A DNA stretch of 64,000 nucleotides, taken from positions 15,516 through 79,515 of the forward strand of contig JAGCDQ010000024.1 of NCBI GenBank assembly GCA_017651245.1, in the 5' to 3' direction. The notes beneath the pieces are model-generated. The model did no database searches. It had not been told where the DNA came from and was given only the letters and a program-made list of their open reading frames with translations. Both the position numbers and the translations under genes were made by a program. The DNA comes from Bacteroidaceae bacterium (GTDB taxonomy: Bacteria; Bacteroidota; Bacteroidia; Bacteroidales; Bacteroidaceae). Numbering within the stretch: position 1 is the first letter of the stretch; each line of letters opens with the position of its first letter. Positions 35,217 to 42,781 of the stretch are shown piece after piece.

Positions 35217-35987
35217 TCATGAGTACAACTCTTGCAACACTTCCAAGGACTTCAGTTCTGGGAAGTTGGGAACGTGCAGGCGATAGTACTCGTTGAGCAC
35301 CTGAAGGATGCGTACACGATCCTTGCGAGAAAAACGAAAGAGGTGCATGTTCGGATAATCCATTCGGAAGAGGATTGGAAGAGCTTGCGCCTCTTGGTTT
35401 TTCAGGAAATGGGAATGATCGGGCTGTCGGTCGCAATAAGTGCCAGCGAGAAGATCGAAGTAGGTTTGAGGTTTGAGATTTGAGATTTGAGATTTAAAGT
35501 TAAGGTTATCGTTAATCTCCAGATTGGGATAGATGCCCATGAAACGGCTGAGGTGCATGAGGAAAGCCAAGTGGAAATTGGCAATCGCTGCTGACGATTC
35601 CACCATATCGAGCCACTGGAGGGAGGATTCGATGTAGCGATAAAGGGGCTGGTTCTCCTTCTCTTCGCGCAGGGCAGCACTGAGGAACTCAGCCAAGAAG
35701 AGCGCCAAAGTGGACTTGATGGGCGAGAAAGGCAAATCTGTATAATTATAATAAGTACGCACATCGTTGGGACGGGGTAGTTTGCCCGCATTCGGCTTCG
35801 TCTCTGCACTAAACTCCACCATCGACAAAGGTTGCCAGAACGAAACACTCCTGACCGACCGCTTGGCACGCATAGTAGAGGTCATGAACGACTGGCGTCC
35901 ACGACTCTCTGTGAAGAGGTCCACAATCAATGAATTGTCCCCATACTTCACCGTTCTCAACACGATTCCACGAAGCGTTTCCTGCAT
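35217..35987 (-). CDS. recO: DNA repair protein RecO (contains an in-frame low-complexity repeat insertion)
   Basis: The N-terminal OB-fold segment GIVLRTVKYGDNSLIVDLFTESRGRQSF and overall length fit RecO. A heptamer-repeat-encoded segment LNFKSQISNLKPQ interrupts the C-terminal half. Confidence 0.8.
   Translation of the reverse strand: MQETLRGIVLRTVKYGDNSLIVDLFTESRGRQSFMTSTMRAKRSVRSVSFWQPLSMVEFSAETKPNAGKLPRPNDVRTYYNYTDLPFSPIKSTLALFLAEFLSAALREEKENQPLYRYIESSLQWLDMVESSAAIANFHLAFLMHLSRFMGIYPNLEINDNLNFKSQISNLKPQTYFDLLAGTYCDRQPDHSHFLKNQEAQALPILFRMDYPNMHLFRFSRKDRVRILQVLNEYYRLHVPNFPELKSLEVLQELYS
35463..35504 (+). repeat. Six GRTTTGA-type heptamers (GGTTTGA x2, GATTTGA x2, GATTTAA, AGTTAAG) inside the recO coding sequence
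   Basis: 42 nt, equal to 14 codons and in frame. It encodes LNFKSQISNLKPQ on the minus strand. The same heptamers occur in the dcw intergenic gaps. Confidence 0.8.
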
Positions 35988-35996
35988 TTCCCTTTT

Positions 35997-36620
35997 TCAA
36001 ATCACCCAGGCCTTGTGTGGCGCCACGCCTTTCGCTTTGATGGGGCATTGAGGGTCGTTGGTGAAGGCTTTCAGTTCTCGCGATGCAACGGTACGAGACA
36101 ACCCGTTCATATTGGCATACTCGGTCAGGGTGATGAATCCGTGCTGCTCGATGTACTGGAGGGTGCGTGCCAAACGCTCTTCCTTGGTGTAACGCTCTTT
36201 GGTGACTTGCACGACGTCTCCCTCCACGCGGCTCAAATCTGTTTCATCACGAAGTTTCCGCATGATTTTCTCGTCGGGACGGAAGTTCAACGACTTCACC
36301 TTCACGTGGCGGTATCCCATTTTATCACGATTGTCCTGCAACTCGTTTCCCTTCTTATCGTCAAAGTTCAGCGAGAGGGAGAAGGTCCCCAATCCGTCTA
36401 TCTTCACGGTGTGCCCGTTCGAAAGCCACGTGACGGCTGCGTCTGCCAACACACTCACCACACCTTTGATGGTGCCTGGATCGTAAGGCGTTCCCGACTG
36501 CCGGATGTACTTCACGAGGTCATCCAGCGTCTTTTGCGAATAGGTCTCCATCTTGGGGTACACTGTTCGTTTGCCCGTATTTCTCATGTCGGGCATCTCT
36601 TTCAGAATGTAATTTGCCAT
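35997..36620 (-). CDS. Bacteroidota HU-like (histone-like) DNA-binding domain protein with an extra C-terminal domain
   Basis: Start at MANYILKEM (ATG 36620). GTIKGVVSVLADAAVTWLSNGHTVKIDGLGTFSLSL resembles the HU/IHF fold of Bacteroidales HU-related proteins. The upstream 59 codons of the reported ORF are translated repeat DNA. Confidence 0.6.
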   Translation of the reverse strand: MANYILKEMPDMRNTGKRTVYPKMETYSQKTLDDLVKYIRQSGTPYDPGTIKGVVSVLADAAVTWLSNGHTVKIDGLGTFSLSLNFDDKKGNELQDNRDKMGYRHVKVKSLNFRPDEKIMRKLRDETDLSRVEGDVVQVTKERYTKEERLARTLQYIEQHGFITLTEYANMNGLSRTVASRELKAFTNDPQCPIKAKGVAPHKAWVI

Positions 36621-36696
36621 TGCTCTTTTTTTCTTTATCTCATGACACTTTTTTATTTCTCTCTCCCAATATTTTTCAAGCTCCTTAGGAATAATA

Positions 36697-36783
36697 TATG
36701 TTCCAAACTTTGGAACGTACGTTTCACGATTTGGAACATACATCCCTAAGTTTGAAATATACATTCCAAATCTTGGAACATAA
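36697..36783. promoter_or_regulatory. Cluster of TTCCAAA/TTTGGAA palindromes and GGAACRTA direct repeats upstream of the HU-like gene
   Basis: Perfect palindrome GTTCCAAA-C-TTTGGAAC (36700-36716), TTCCAA-ATC-TTGGAA (36764-36778) and a half-site TTTGGAAC (36730-36737). The unit TTGGAACRTA occurs three times. Confidence 0.45.
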
Positions 36784-36940
36784 AAAATCCAATACAAAAA
36801 TAAGAAATTCCCCTAACACTTGCAACAAAAATGTCTCGTTCCATGAAAAAAGGGAGCGTCTTTTGTATTATTTAACGCTGTTTGTGTCATAAAACAGCCC
36901 TATTCTACGTTATATAATATAGATAGAAGAAACAAGAACA

Positions 36941-38434
36941 ATGAAGAAAACCATCATCACAATACTGCTTGCCCTTGTCGCATTGGTGGGACAAGCGCAA
37001 GTAAAGCCCGATACGATTACTGTATGTTTTCAGTTATCCAGCAAGGCAAAGGGCGAGACAGCCACATTCGTTTATCCAGATTTCTTGACTTGTGACATCG
37101 TCGCACTGAAGCCAATCACAGACAGCAATGGATGTTGGATGGTGAAGGTTCCCGCCTTTCGAACGCTCCATATTCAGATTTGGGATGAGAACAAGATTCA
37201 AGGTGTGGTATGGGGAGCACTTAACCTTTTCTGTCGTCCAGGAACAAGAACGGACATCTTGCTTGACGACGTGAATGACCGCTGTATTTTCAGGGGAGAA
37301 AATGCAGAGGCTCATCAGGCACAAATATCACATCTTTTGAAGATAGAGAACTTCCACGGACAGATGTTCGGCATAGACATGCAAGATGCTGCCAAGCAAA
37401 TTCGCAACATTCACGAGCAAAACCTTTATCGCATAGACACGCTCAGCACGGCTCACCCCGACCTGCCAAGCGGTTATGTGGAGGCTCTTCGTACAATGGC
37501 TGACTATGGCTTTGGGATGGATATGACGCAGAATATCAAGGGACATCTTTTCGATTCTATGGCAAAGATTCTTGAACAGGGGGACACGGTGCCGCAAGAA
37601 TATCTCAACTTGTTGCATGAGGTGAAAACGCACGATCTGTTGCATCCCCAAGGATTGCTCCCACGCGAAGCGATAACCTATTTTACCGATATTATAAACA
37701 TTGAAGATCTCGTCAAGAATGGTTTCGTGCGCGAAGCCATGAAGCAGAAGGGGGACTATCAGCTGAAGGAATTCAAGCAAAACTGTTCGCTGATTGATGG
37801 CATAGATGCATCGGACGATGTGAAACAGATGATGAAATCCTACCGCTTCCTGAAGGATTGTAATCGAGAAATAACACCAGAACGTGAGAAGTTCTTGCGT
37901 AAACAACTCACAGCAGACGCTTTTGGTCAGTTGCAAAGCTACATCAACGGCATGAAAGCCAAGTTTGAGGCTATTTCTGTGGAAGAAGCCCAAGTGCTGG
38001 ACGAAACGCCCATCGACAGCCTTGTTGACGGCAAGGACATTTTCCAGAAACTCATTGCTCCTTATCGTGGTCGCGTGGTTTATGTGGACTTCTGGGGCAC
38101 TTGGTGCGGTCCTTGCATGAAAGAAATGGAATCCGTGAACCAACTGCACGAAACCCTCAAAGGACTGCCCGTCACCTATATGTATCTTGCCAACAATTCT
38201 CCTGAGGAACTTTGGCAGAAGACCGCCAAGCGTTTCGGACTTGAAGGTGACGACTGCCTGAACTTGCGCCTGCCAGATCATCAGCAGCGTGCCATAGAAG
38301 ACTATTTTGGTGTAGTCGGTTTCCCAACCTTTGTGCTCGTTGCCCCAGACGGCACTATCGCAACCAAGGAAGCCCCTCGTCCCAGTTCTCCAGAAGATGT
38401 CCGTTCAGCTGTTCTAAAGCTGATAAGGAAATAA
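36941..38434 (+). CDS. Secreted TlpA/AhpC-like thioredoxin-fold protein (thiol:disulfide oxidoreductase) with a large N-terminal domain
   Basis: Signal peptide MKKTIITILLALVALVGQAQ. C-terminal thioredoxin fold with a CxxC motif (VYVDFWGTWCGPCMKEM). Confidence 0.7.
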   Translation: MKKTIITILLALVALVGQAQVKPDTITVCFQLSSKAKGETATFVYPDFLTCDIVALKPITDSNGCWMVKVPAFRTLHIQIWDENKIQGVVWGALNLFCRPGTRTDILLDDVNDRCIFRGENAEAHQAQISHLLKIENFHGQMFGIDMQDAAKQIRNIHEQNLYRIDTLSTAHPDLPSGYVEALRTMADYGFGMDMTQNIKGHLFDSMAKILEQGDTVPQEYLNLLHEVKTHDLLHPQGLLPREAITYFTDIINIEDLVKNGFVREAMKQKGDYQLKEFKQNCSLIDGIDASDDVKQMMKSYRFLKDCNREITPEREKFLRKQLTADAFGQLQSYINGMKAKFEAISVEEAQVLDETPIDSLVDGKDIFQKLIAPYRGRVVYVDFWGTWCGPCMKEMESVNQLHETLKGLPVTYMYLANNSPEELWQKTAKRFGLEGDDCLNLRLPDHQQRAIEDYFGVVGFPTFVLVAPDGTIATKEAPRPSSPEDVRSAVLKLIRK

Positions 38435-38524
38435 ATATGACAAATATAAAGCGGAAAAACATCGAAAAAGTGAGGCAAGAAGAAAAAAAGTGGTGAAAAG
38501 TTTTGGTGGTCGGCGAAAAAGTCG

Positions 38525-38532
38525 TACCTTTG
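38525..38532 (+). promoter_or_regulatory. -7 promoter box for tRNA-Glu (and possibly rpsT)
   Basis: TACCTTTGCACTCGC lies 30 nt before the tRNA, with TTTG 20 nt upstream. I saw no separate TAnnTTTG box between the tRNA and rpsT. Confidence 0.6.
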
Positions 38533-38562
38533 CACTCGCAATTGAAAAATTGCTGTTAGGTT

Positions 38563-38637
38563 GGCCCGTTCGTCTATCGGCTAGGACGAGAGATTTTCAT
38601 TCTCTAAAGAGGAGTTCGACTCTCCTACGGGCTACCA
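38563..38637 (+). tRNA. tRNA-Glu (anticodon UUC), CCA encoded
   Basis: Hand-folded. Acceptor GGCCCGT/ACGGGCT (G1-U72 wobble), anticodon stem AGAGA/TCTCT with loop TT-TTC-AT, T arm GGAGTTCGACTCTCC, discriminator A, then CCA. Confidence 0.85.
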
Positions 38638-38745
38638 TTTTTATGGAGATGGGTGCGAGGTCATAGCGCCATACCACATCGGACTCCAGCCCACAAGATG
38701 GGCAAAACTCAAAACAATTACAAACAATTAAAAACTTACAAACAA

Positions 38746-39000
38746 ATGGCACACCACAAGTCATGTCTGAAGCGCATCCGTCAGAACGAGAAGCGCAGAC
38801 TTCACAACCGCTACTACGCAAAGACAATGCGTAACTTCCTCCGCGACATCCGCAACGAGAAGGACAAGGCAACTGCTCAGGGTATGTTCCCAACTCTCCA
38901 GAAGATGCTCGACAAGCTCGCAAAGCAGAACATCATCCACTGGAAGAAGGCAGCCAACCTCAAGTCCAACACTGCCAAGATGATTGCAAAACTCGCTTAA
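38746..39000 (+). CDS. rpsT: 30S ribosomal protein S20
   Basis: [30 protein letters not shown]..., 84 aa, basic, with the S20 signature N-terminus. Start at ATG 38746. Confidence 0.9.
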   Translation: MAHHKSCLKRIRQNEKRRLHNRYYAKTMRNFLRDIRNEKDKATAQGMFPTLQKMLDKLAKQNIIHWKKAANLKSNTAKMIAKLA

Positions 39001-39058
39001 ACGAAAAGCAACCCTAAAACATAGGAACATAGCTATAAACATTCGTTAGAGATAATGG

Positions 39059-39090
39059 GGTCAGAATTCAATCGAATTCTGACCTTTTTT
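39059..39090 (+). terminator. Intrinsic terminator of rpsT
   Basis: GGTCAGAATTC-AATC-GAATTCTGACC (11-bp perfect stem) followed by TTTTTT. Confidence 0.8.
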
Positions 39091-39198
39091 ATGCCCTTTT
39101 TCAGGTCAAAAAGAGGGTCAAAAACCGTCCTTTTCAAGTTTTTTCCCCTACGGGGAACTTTTCTTTGATTTTTCTTTCGATATATCAAGAATTTTTCG

Positions 39199-39206
39199 TA
39201 ACTTTG
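39199..39206 (+). promoter_or_regulatory. -7 promoter box (TAACTTTG) for gyrB
   Basis: TAACTTTG lies 26 nt upstream of ATG 39232. Confidence 0.5.
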
Positions 39207-39231
39207 TAACGTATAAATGAGAATATAAACA

Positions 39232-41208
39232 ATGGATGAAACATTAACCAACGGGGCGAATTACTCCGCCAGTAACATCCAAGTCCTCGAGGGCTTGGAG
39301 GCAGTAAGAAAACGCCCCGCCATGTACATCGGCGACATCAGCGAGAAGGGTCTGCACCATCTCGTCTATGAGACCGTCGACAACTCTATTGATGAGGCGC
39401 TGGCAGGATTCTGCACGCACATCGAAGTGACAATCAACGAAGACAATTCCATCACGGTTCAAGACAACGGACGCGGTATCCCTGTGGACATGCACGAGAA
39501 GGAGCATCGTAGCGCCCTCGAAGTGGTGATGACTGTACTGCACGCCGGTGGTAAGTTCGACAAGGGCTCCTACAAGGTGTCGGGCGGTCTGCATGGTGTG
39601 GGTGTGAGCTGCGTGAACGCACTCTCCACACACATGACCTCTCAGGTGTTCCGCGACGGCAAGGTCTATCAGCAGGAATATGAGAAGGGAAAGCCTCTCT
39701 ACGACGTGAAGGTGGTGGGTGAGACAGATTTGCGAGGCACACGCCAGCAGTTCTGGCCAGACAAGACCATTTTCATCACTACGACATACAAGTACGACAT
39801 CTTGGCAAACCGTATGCGCGAGCTTGCCTACCTGAATGCAGGCATCAAGATCACGCTGACTGACATGCGTCTGGACAAGAACGCCGAGGTGGGCATCGAA
39901 GGTGTGCGTCAGGAGGTGTTCTACAGCGAAGGCGGTCTGAAGGACTTCGTGCGCTACATTGACTCAACCCGCACTTGTCTCTTCGACGACGTGATTTATC
40001 TGAACACAGAGAAGCAGAACACGCCTATCGAGGTGGCAATCATGTACAACACTTCGTACAACGAGAACATCCACTCATACGTCAACAACATCAACACCAT
40101 CGAAGGTGGTACGCACCTGCAGGGTTTCCGTACGGCATTGACCCGCGTGCTGAAGAAGTATGCTGACGACAACAAGATTACAGAGAAACTTGAGAAACAA
40201 AAGATAGAAATCAGCGGTGAGGACTTCCGCGAGGGTCTCACGGCGGTCATCAGCGTGAAGGTGGCTGAGCCTCAGTTCGAGGGTCAGACGAAGACCAAGC
40301 TGGGTAACAGCGAGGTGGCTGGTGCCGTTCAGCAGGCTGTGGGTGAAGCACTCACCTATTACTTGGAAGAGCACCCCAAGGAGGCCAAGATGGTCATCGA
40401 CAAGGTGGTGCTGGCTGCAGAGGCTCGTGTGGCTGCCCGTACAGCACGCGAGAAGGTGCAGCGCAAGAACCCAATGACAGGCGGTGGTCTGCCGGGCAAA
40501 CTGGCTGACTGCTCCGACAAGGATGCCGCTAACTGCGAGATGTTCATTGTCGAGGGTGATTCTGCAGGTGGTTCAGCTAAGCAGGGCCGCGACCGTCACT
40601 TCCAGGCCATCCTTCCTATCCGTGGTAAGATCTTCAACGTGGAGCGCGTAAAATGGCATCAGGCATTCGAGCACGAAGAGGTGAACAACATCTTTCAGGC
40701 ACTCGGCGTGAAGTTCGGATTGAACCCCGAAGACCAGAAGGAAGCCAACTACGACAAGCTGCGCTACTACAAGACTATCATCATGACCGATGCCGATGTC
40801 GATGGTTCTCACATCGACACCCTTCTGATGACGCTCTTCTTCCGCTTCTTGCCACAGCTGATTCGCGACGGCCGTCTGTACATCGCCACTCCCCCACTCT
40901 ACAAGTGCACTAAGGGTAAGATTAGCGAATACTGCTACGACGAATCCGCCCTTCAGCGTTTCATTGACACGTATGGCGAGGGTTCGGAAGACAAAATCAA
41001 GGTGCAGCGATACAAAGGTCTTGGTGAGATGAACCCAGAACAGCTCTGGGAGACCACCATGAACCCAGAAACGCGCCTCTTGAAGCAGGTGACCATTGAT
41101 GATGCCGCAGAGGCTGACTACACCTTCTCCATGCTGATGGGTGAGGATGTAGGTCCTCGTCGCGAATTCATCGAGAAGAACGCCACCTACGCGAACATTG
41201 ACGCGTAA
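39232..41208 (+). CDS. gyrB: DNA gyrase subunit B
   Basis: 658 aa. GHKL ATPase motifs (GLHHLVYETVDNSIDEA, DNGRGIPV, GGLHGVG), TOPRIM (EMFIVEGDSAGG, IMTDADVDGSHI) and the C-terminal RREFIEKNA tail. Confidence 0.97.
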   Translation: MDETLTNGANYSASNIQVLEGLEAVRKRPAMYIGDISEKGLHHLVYETVDNSIDEALAGFCTHIEVTINEDNSITVQDNGRGIPVDMHEKEHRSALEVVMTVLHAGGKFDKGSYKVSGGLHGVGVSCVNALSTHMTSQVFRDGKVYQQEYEKGKPLYDVKVVGETDLRGTRQQFWPDKTIFITTTYKYDILANRMRELAYLNAGIKITLTDMRLDKNAEVGIEGVRQEVFYSEGGLKDFVRYIDSTRTCLFDDVIYLNTEKQNTPIEVAIMYNTSYNENIHSYVNNINTIEGGTHLQGFRTALTRVLKKYADDNKITEKLEKQKIEISGEDFREGLTAVISVKVAEPQFEGQTKTKLGNSEVAGAVQQAVGEALTYYLEEHPKEAKMVIDKVVLAAEARVAARTAREKVQRKNPMTGGGLPGKLADCSDKDAANCEMFIVEGDSAGGSAKQGRDRHFQAILPIRGKIFNVERVKWHQAFEHEEVNNIFQALGVKFGLNPEDQKEANYDKLRYYKTIIMTDADVDGSHIDTLLMTLFFRFLPQLIRDGRLYIATPPLYKCTKGKISEYCYDESALQRFIDTYGEGSEDKIKVQRYKGLGEMNPEQLWETTMNPETRLLKQVTIDDAAEADYTFSMLMGEDVGPRREFIEKNATYANIDA

Positions 41209-41301
41209 GCCTAGAAGAACTAGTCAAGCTATCACAACTAGCCATACTCGTTCAAACTAGCTCAAATACGAATATTTCATTCAATTCTTACATATATTCT
41301 C

Positions 41302-41350
41302 GTGCCGACCATCCAGAAGTGATTCTAACCGAGTCGGCACATCTTTTTTT
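41302..41350 (+). terminator. Intrinsic terminator downstream of gyrB
   Basis: GTGCCGAC-N23-GTCGGCAC followed by ATCTTTTTTT. Confidence 0.65.
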
Positions 41351-41364
41351 ATGCCCAGCAAAAC

Positions 41365-41400
41365 ATAAAACGAAGGGGCTGCGCCAATTGGTACAGCCCC
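41365..41400 (-). terminator. Terminator candidate downstream of ftsZ
   Basis: GGGGCTG-N12-CAGCCCC hairpin. On the minus strand it is followed by TTCGTTTTATG. Confidence 0.5.
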
Positions 41401-41442
41401 TACTATTTGTAGCTTCCTAGAAGCGGATTCTTCTTTCAACGA

Positions 41443-42756
41443 TTAACTGAACAGAATGGTGGCACCAGGCTCAATCGCATTGTTTCGATTCGTGCCAATA
41501 TCAGTAAGCTGACGAAGCGTCTCCTTTGAACGCTTGTAGGTAGGAGAAGTCTCCACCATGCTGATGACATCCTCGTTGTCCAGGTCTTCCTCCCTGAAGA
41601 TATAACTATACAATGGGCGGAGGATTCGGCTATGATTCTTACCTGGACCATAAATGGTCTCACGACGATGAGCACGTTCAGCCTCTTGCTCAGCACGCTC
41701 AGCATCACGCTGCTGCTGCTCCTTGTCACGTGCCATCAAACGATTGCTCATATCTTCAGAGTCAATATCCTCCACGCCAAAGCCTGTCGCAAGAATCGTG
41801 ATCTTCACCTGGTCGGTCAACGAAGGATCGACAGAAAGTCCCCACTTCGTCTCCACATCATCACGCTTGATCTTAGCCATAAACTCATGCACCTCGTTCA
41901 TCTCATCCATCATCAAGGCGCTATTGCCCTCACCTGTCTCATCTGGCACAGAGATACGAAGCAAAATCTTATTGGCACGATAGATGTCTCTATCATTCAA
42001 CAACGGAGAATTCAAGGCGTCCTCGATACCCTTGGTGACACGTCCTTCACCTGAGCCATAGCCCGTACTCATGATAGCCACACCACCATCTTTCAGCACC
42101 GTGCTGACATCATTGAAGTCGAGGTTGATGACACCATGCATCGTAATAATCTCAGCGATAGAACGCGCTGCATTACAAAGGGTGTCATCTGCTTTGGCAA
42201 AAGCCTTAATGACGGTGAAGTCCTGATAGATTTCACGCAGACGTTCGTTGTTGATGACCAGCAAGGCATCCACATTCTTGCTCATCTCCTCCACACCGTC
42301 AAGTGCCTGGTCAATCTTCTTGTTTCCCTCCCAACGGAAAGGAATCGTGACGATACCGACGGTGAGGATACCCATATCCTTGGCGGTCTTGGCAATGAGT
42401 GGAGCGGCACCAGTACCTGTTCCACCACCCATACCAGCTGTGATGAACGCCATCTTCGTACCATCAGAGAGCATGCTCTTGATCGCCTCAATGGACTCTT
42501 CCGTTGCCTTCCTGGCACGTTCTGGTCGGTTACCAGCACCCAATCCTTCACTACCCAACTGAATCTTTTCAGGCACAGGTGAGTCTTGAAGAGCCTTGTT
42601 GTCCGTGTTACATACTACAAATGTGACATCGTGAATGCCCTCATTATACATATGGTTGACAGCATTGCTACCACCGCCGCCAACGCCAATCACCTTGATA
42701 ATGCTTGTGGCGCCTTTCGTAAAGTTGAAAACACCAATATCATCGTTTTCTGCCAT
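41443..42756 (-). CDS. ftsZ: Cell division GTPase FtsZ
   Basis: Tubulin signature GGGTGTGAAPLIA, N-terminal IKVIGVGGGGSNAV, and its position at the end of the dcw cluster. Confidence 0.97.
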   Translation of the reverse strand: MAENDDIGVFNFTKGATSIIKVIGVGGGGSNAVNHMYNEGIHDVTFVVCNTDNKALQDSPVPEKIQLGSEGLGAGNRPERARKATEESIEAIKSMLSDGTKMAFITAGMGGGTGTGAAPLIAKTAKDMGILTVGIVTIPFRWEGNKKIDQALDGVEEMSKNVDALLVINNERLREIYQDFTVIKAFAKADDTLCNAARSIAEIITMHGVINLDFNDVSTVLKDGGVAIMSTGYGSGEGRVTKGIEDALNSPLLNDRDIYRANKILLRISVPDETGEGNSALMMDEMNEVHEFMAKIKRDDVETKWGLSVDPSLTDQVKITILATGFGVEDIDSEDMSNRLMARDKEQQQRDAERAEQEAERAHRRETIYGPGKNHSRILRPLYSYIFREEDLDNEDVISMVETSPTYKRSKETLRQLTDIGTNRNNAIEPGATILFS

Positions 42757-42781
42757 ATCTTATCTGGGTTTTAATGAGTTA

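Noticed and set aside
36621-36797. N-terminal 59-codon extension of the HU-like ORF (MYWIFYVPRFGMYISNLGMYVPNRETYVPKFGTYI...).
   Set aside because: The periodic peptide simply mirrors the TTCCAAA/TTTGGAAC DNA repeats. The conserved HU-like sequence begins at MANYILKEM (ATG 36620).
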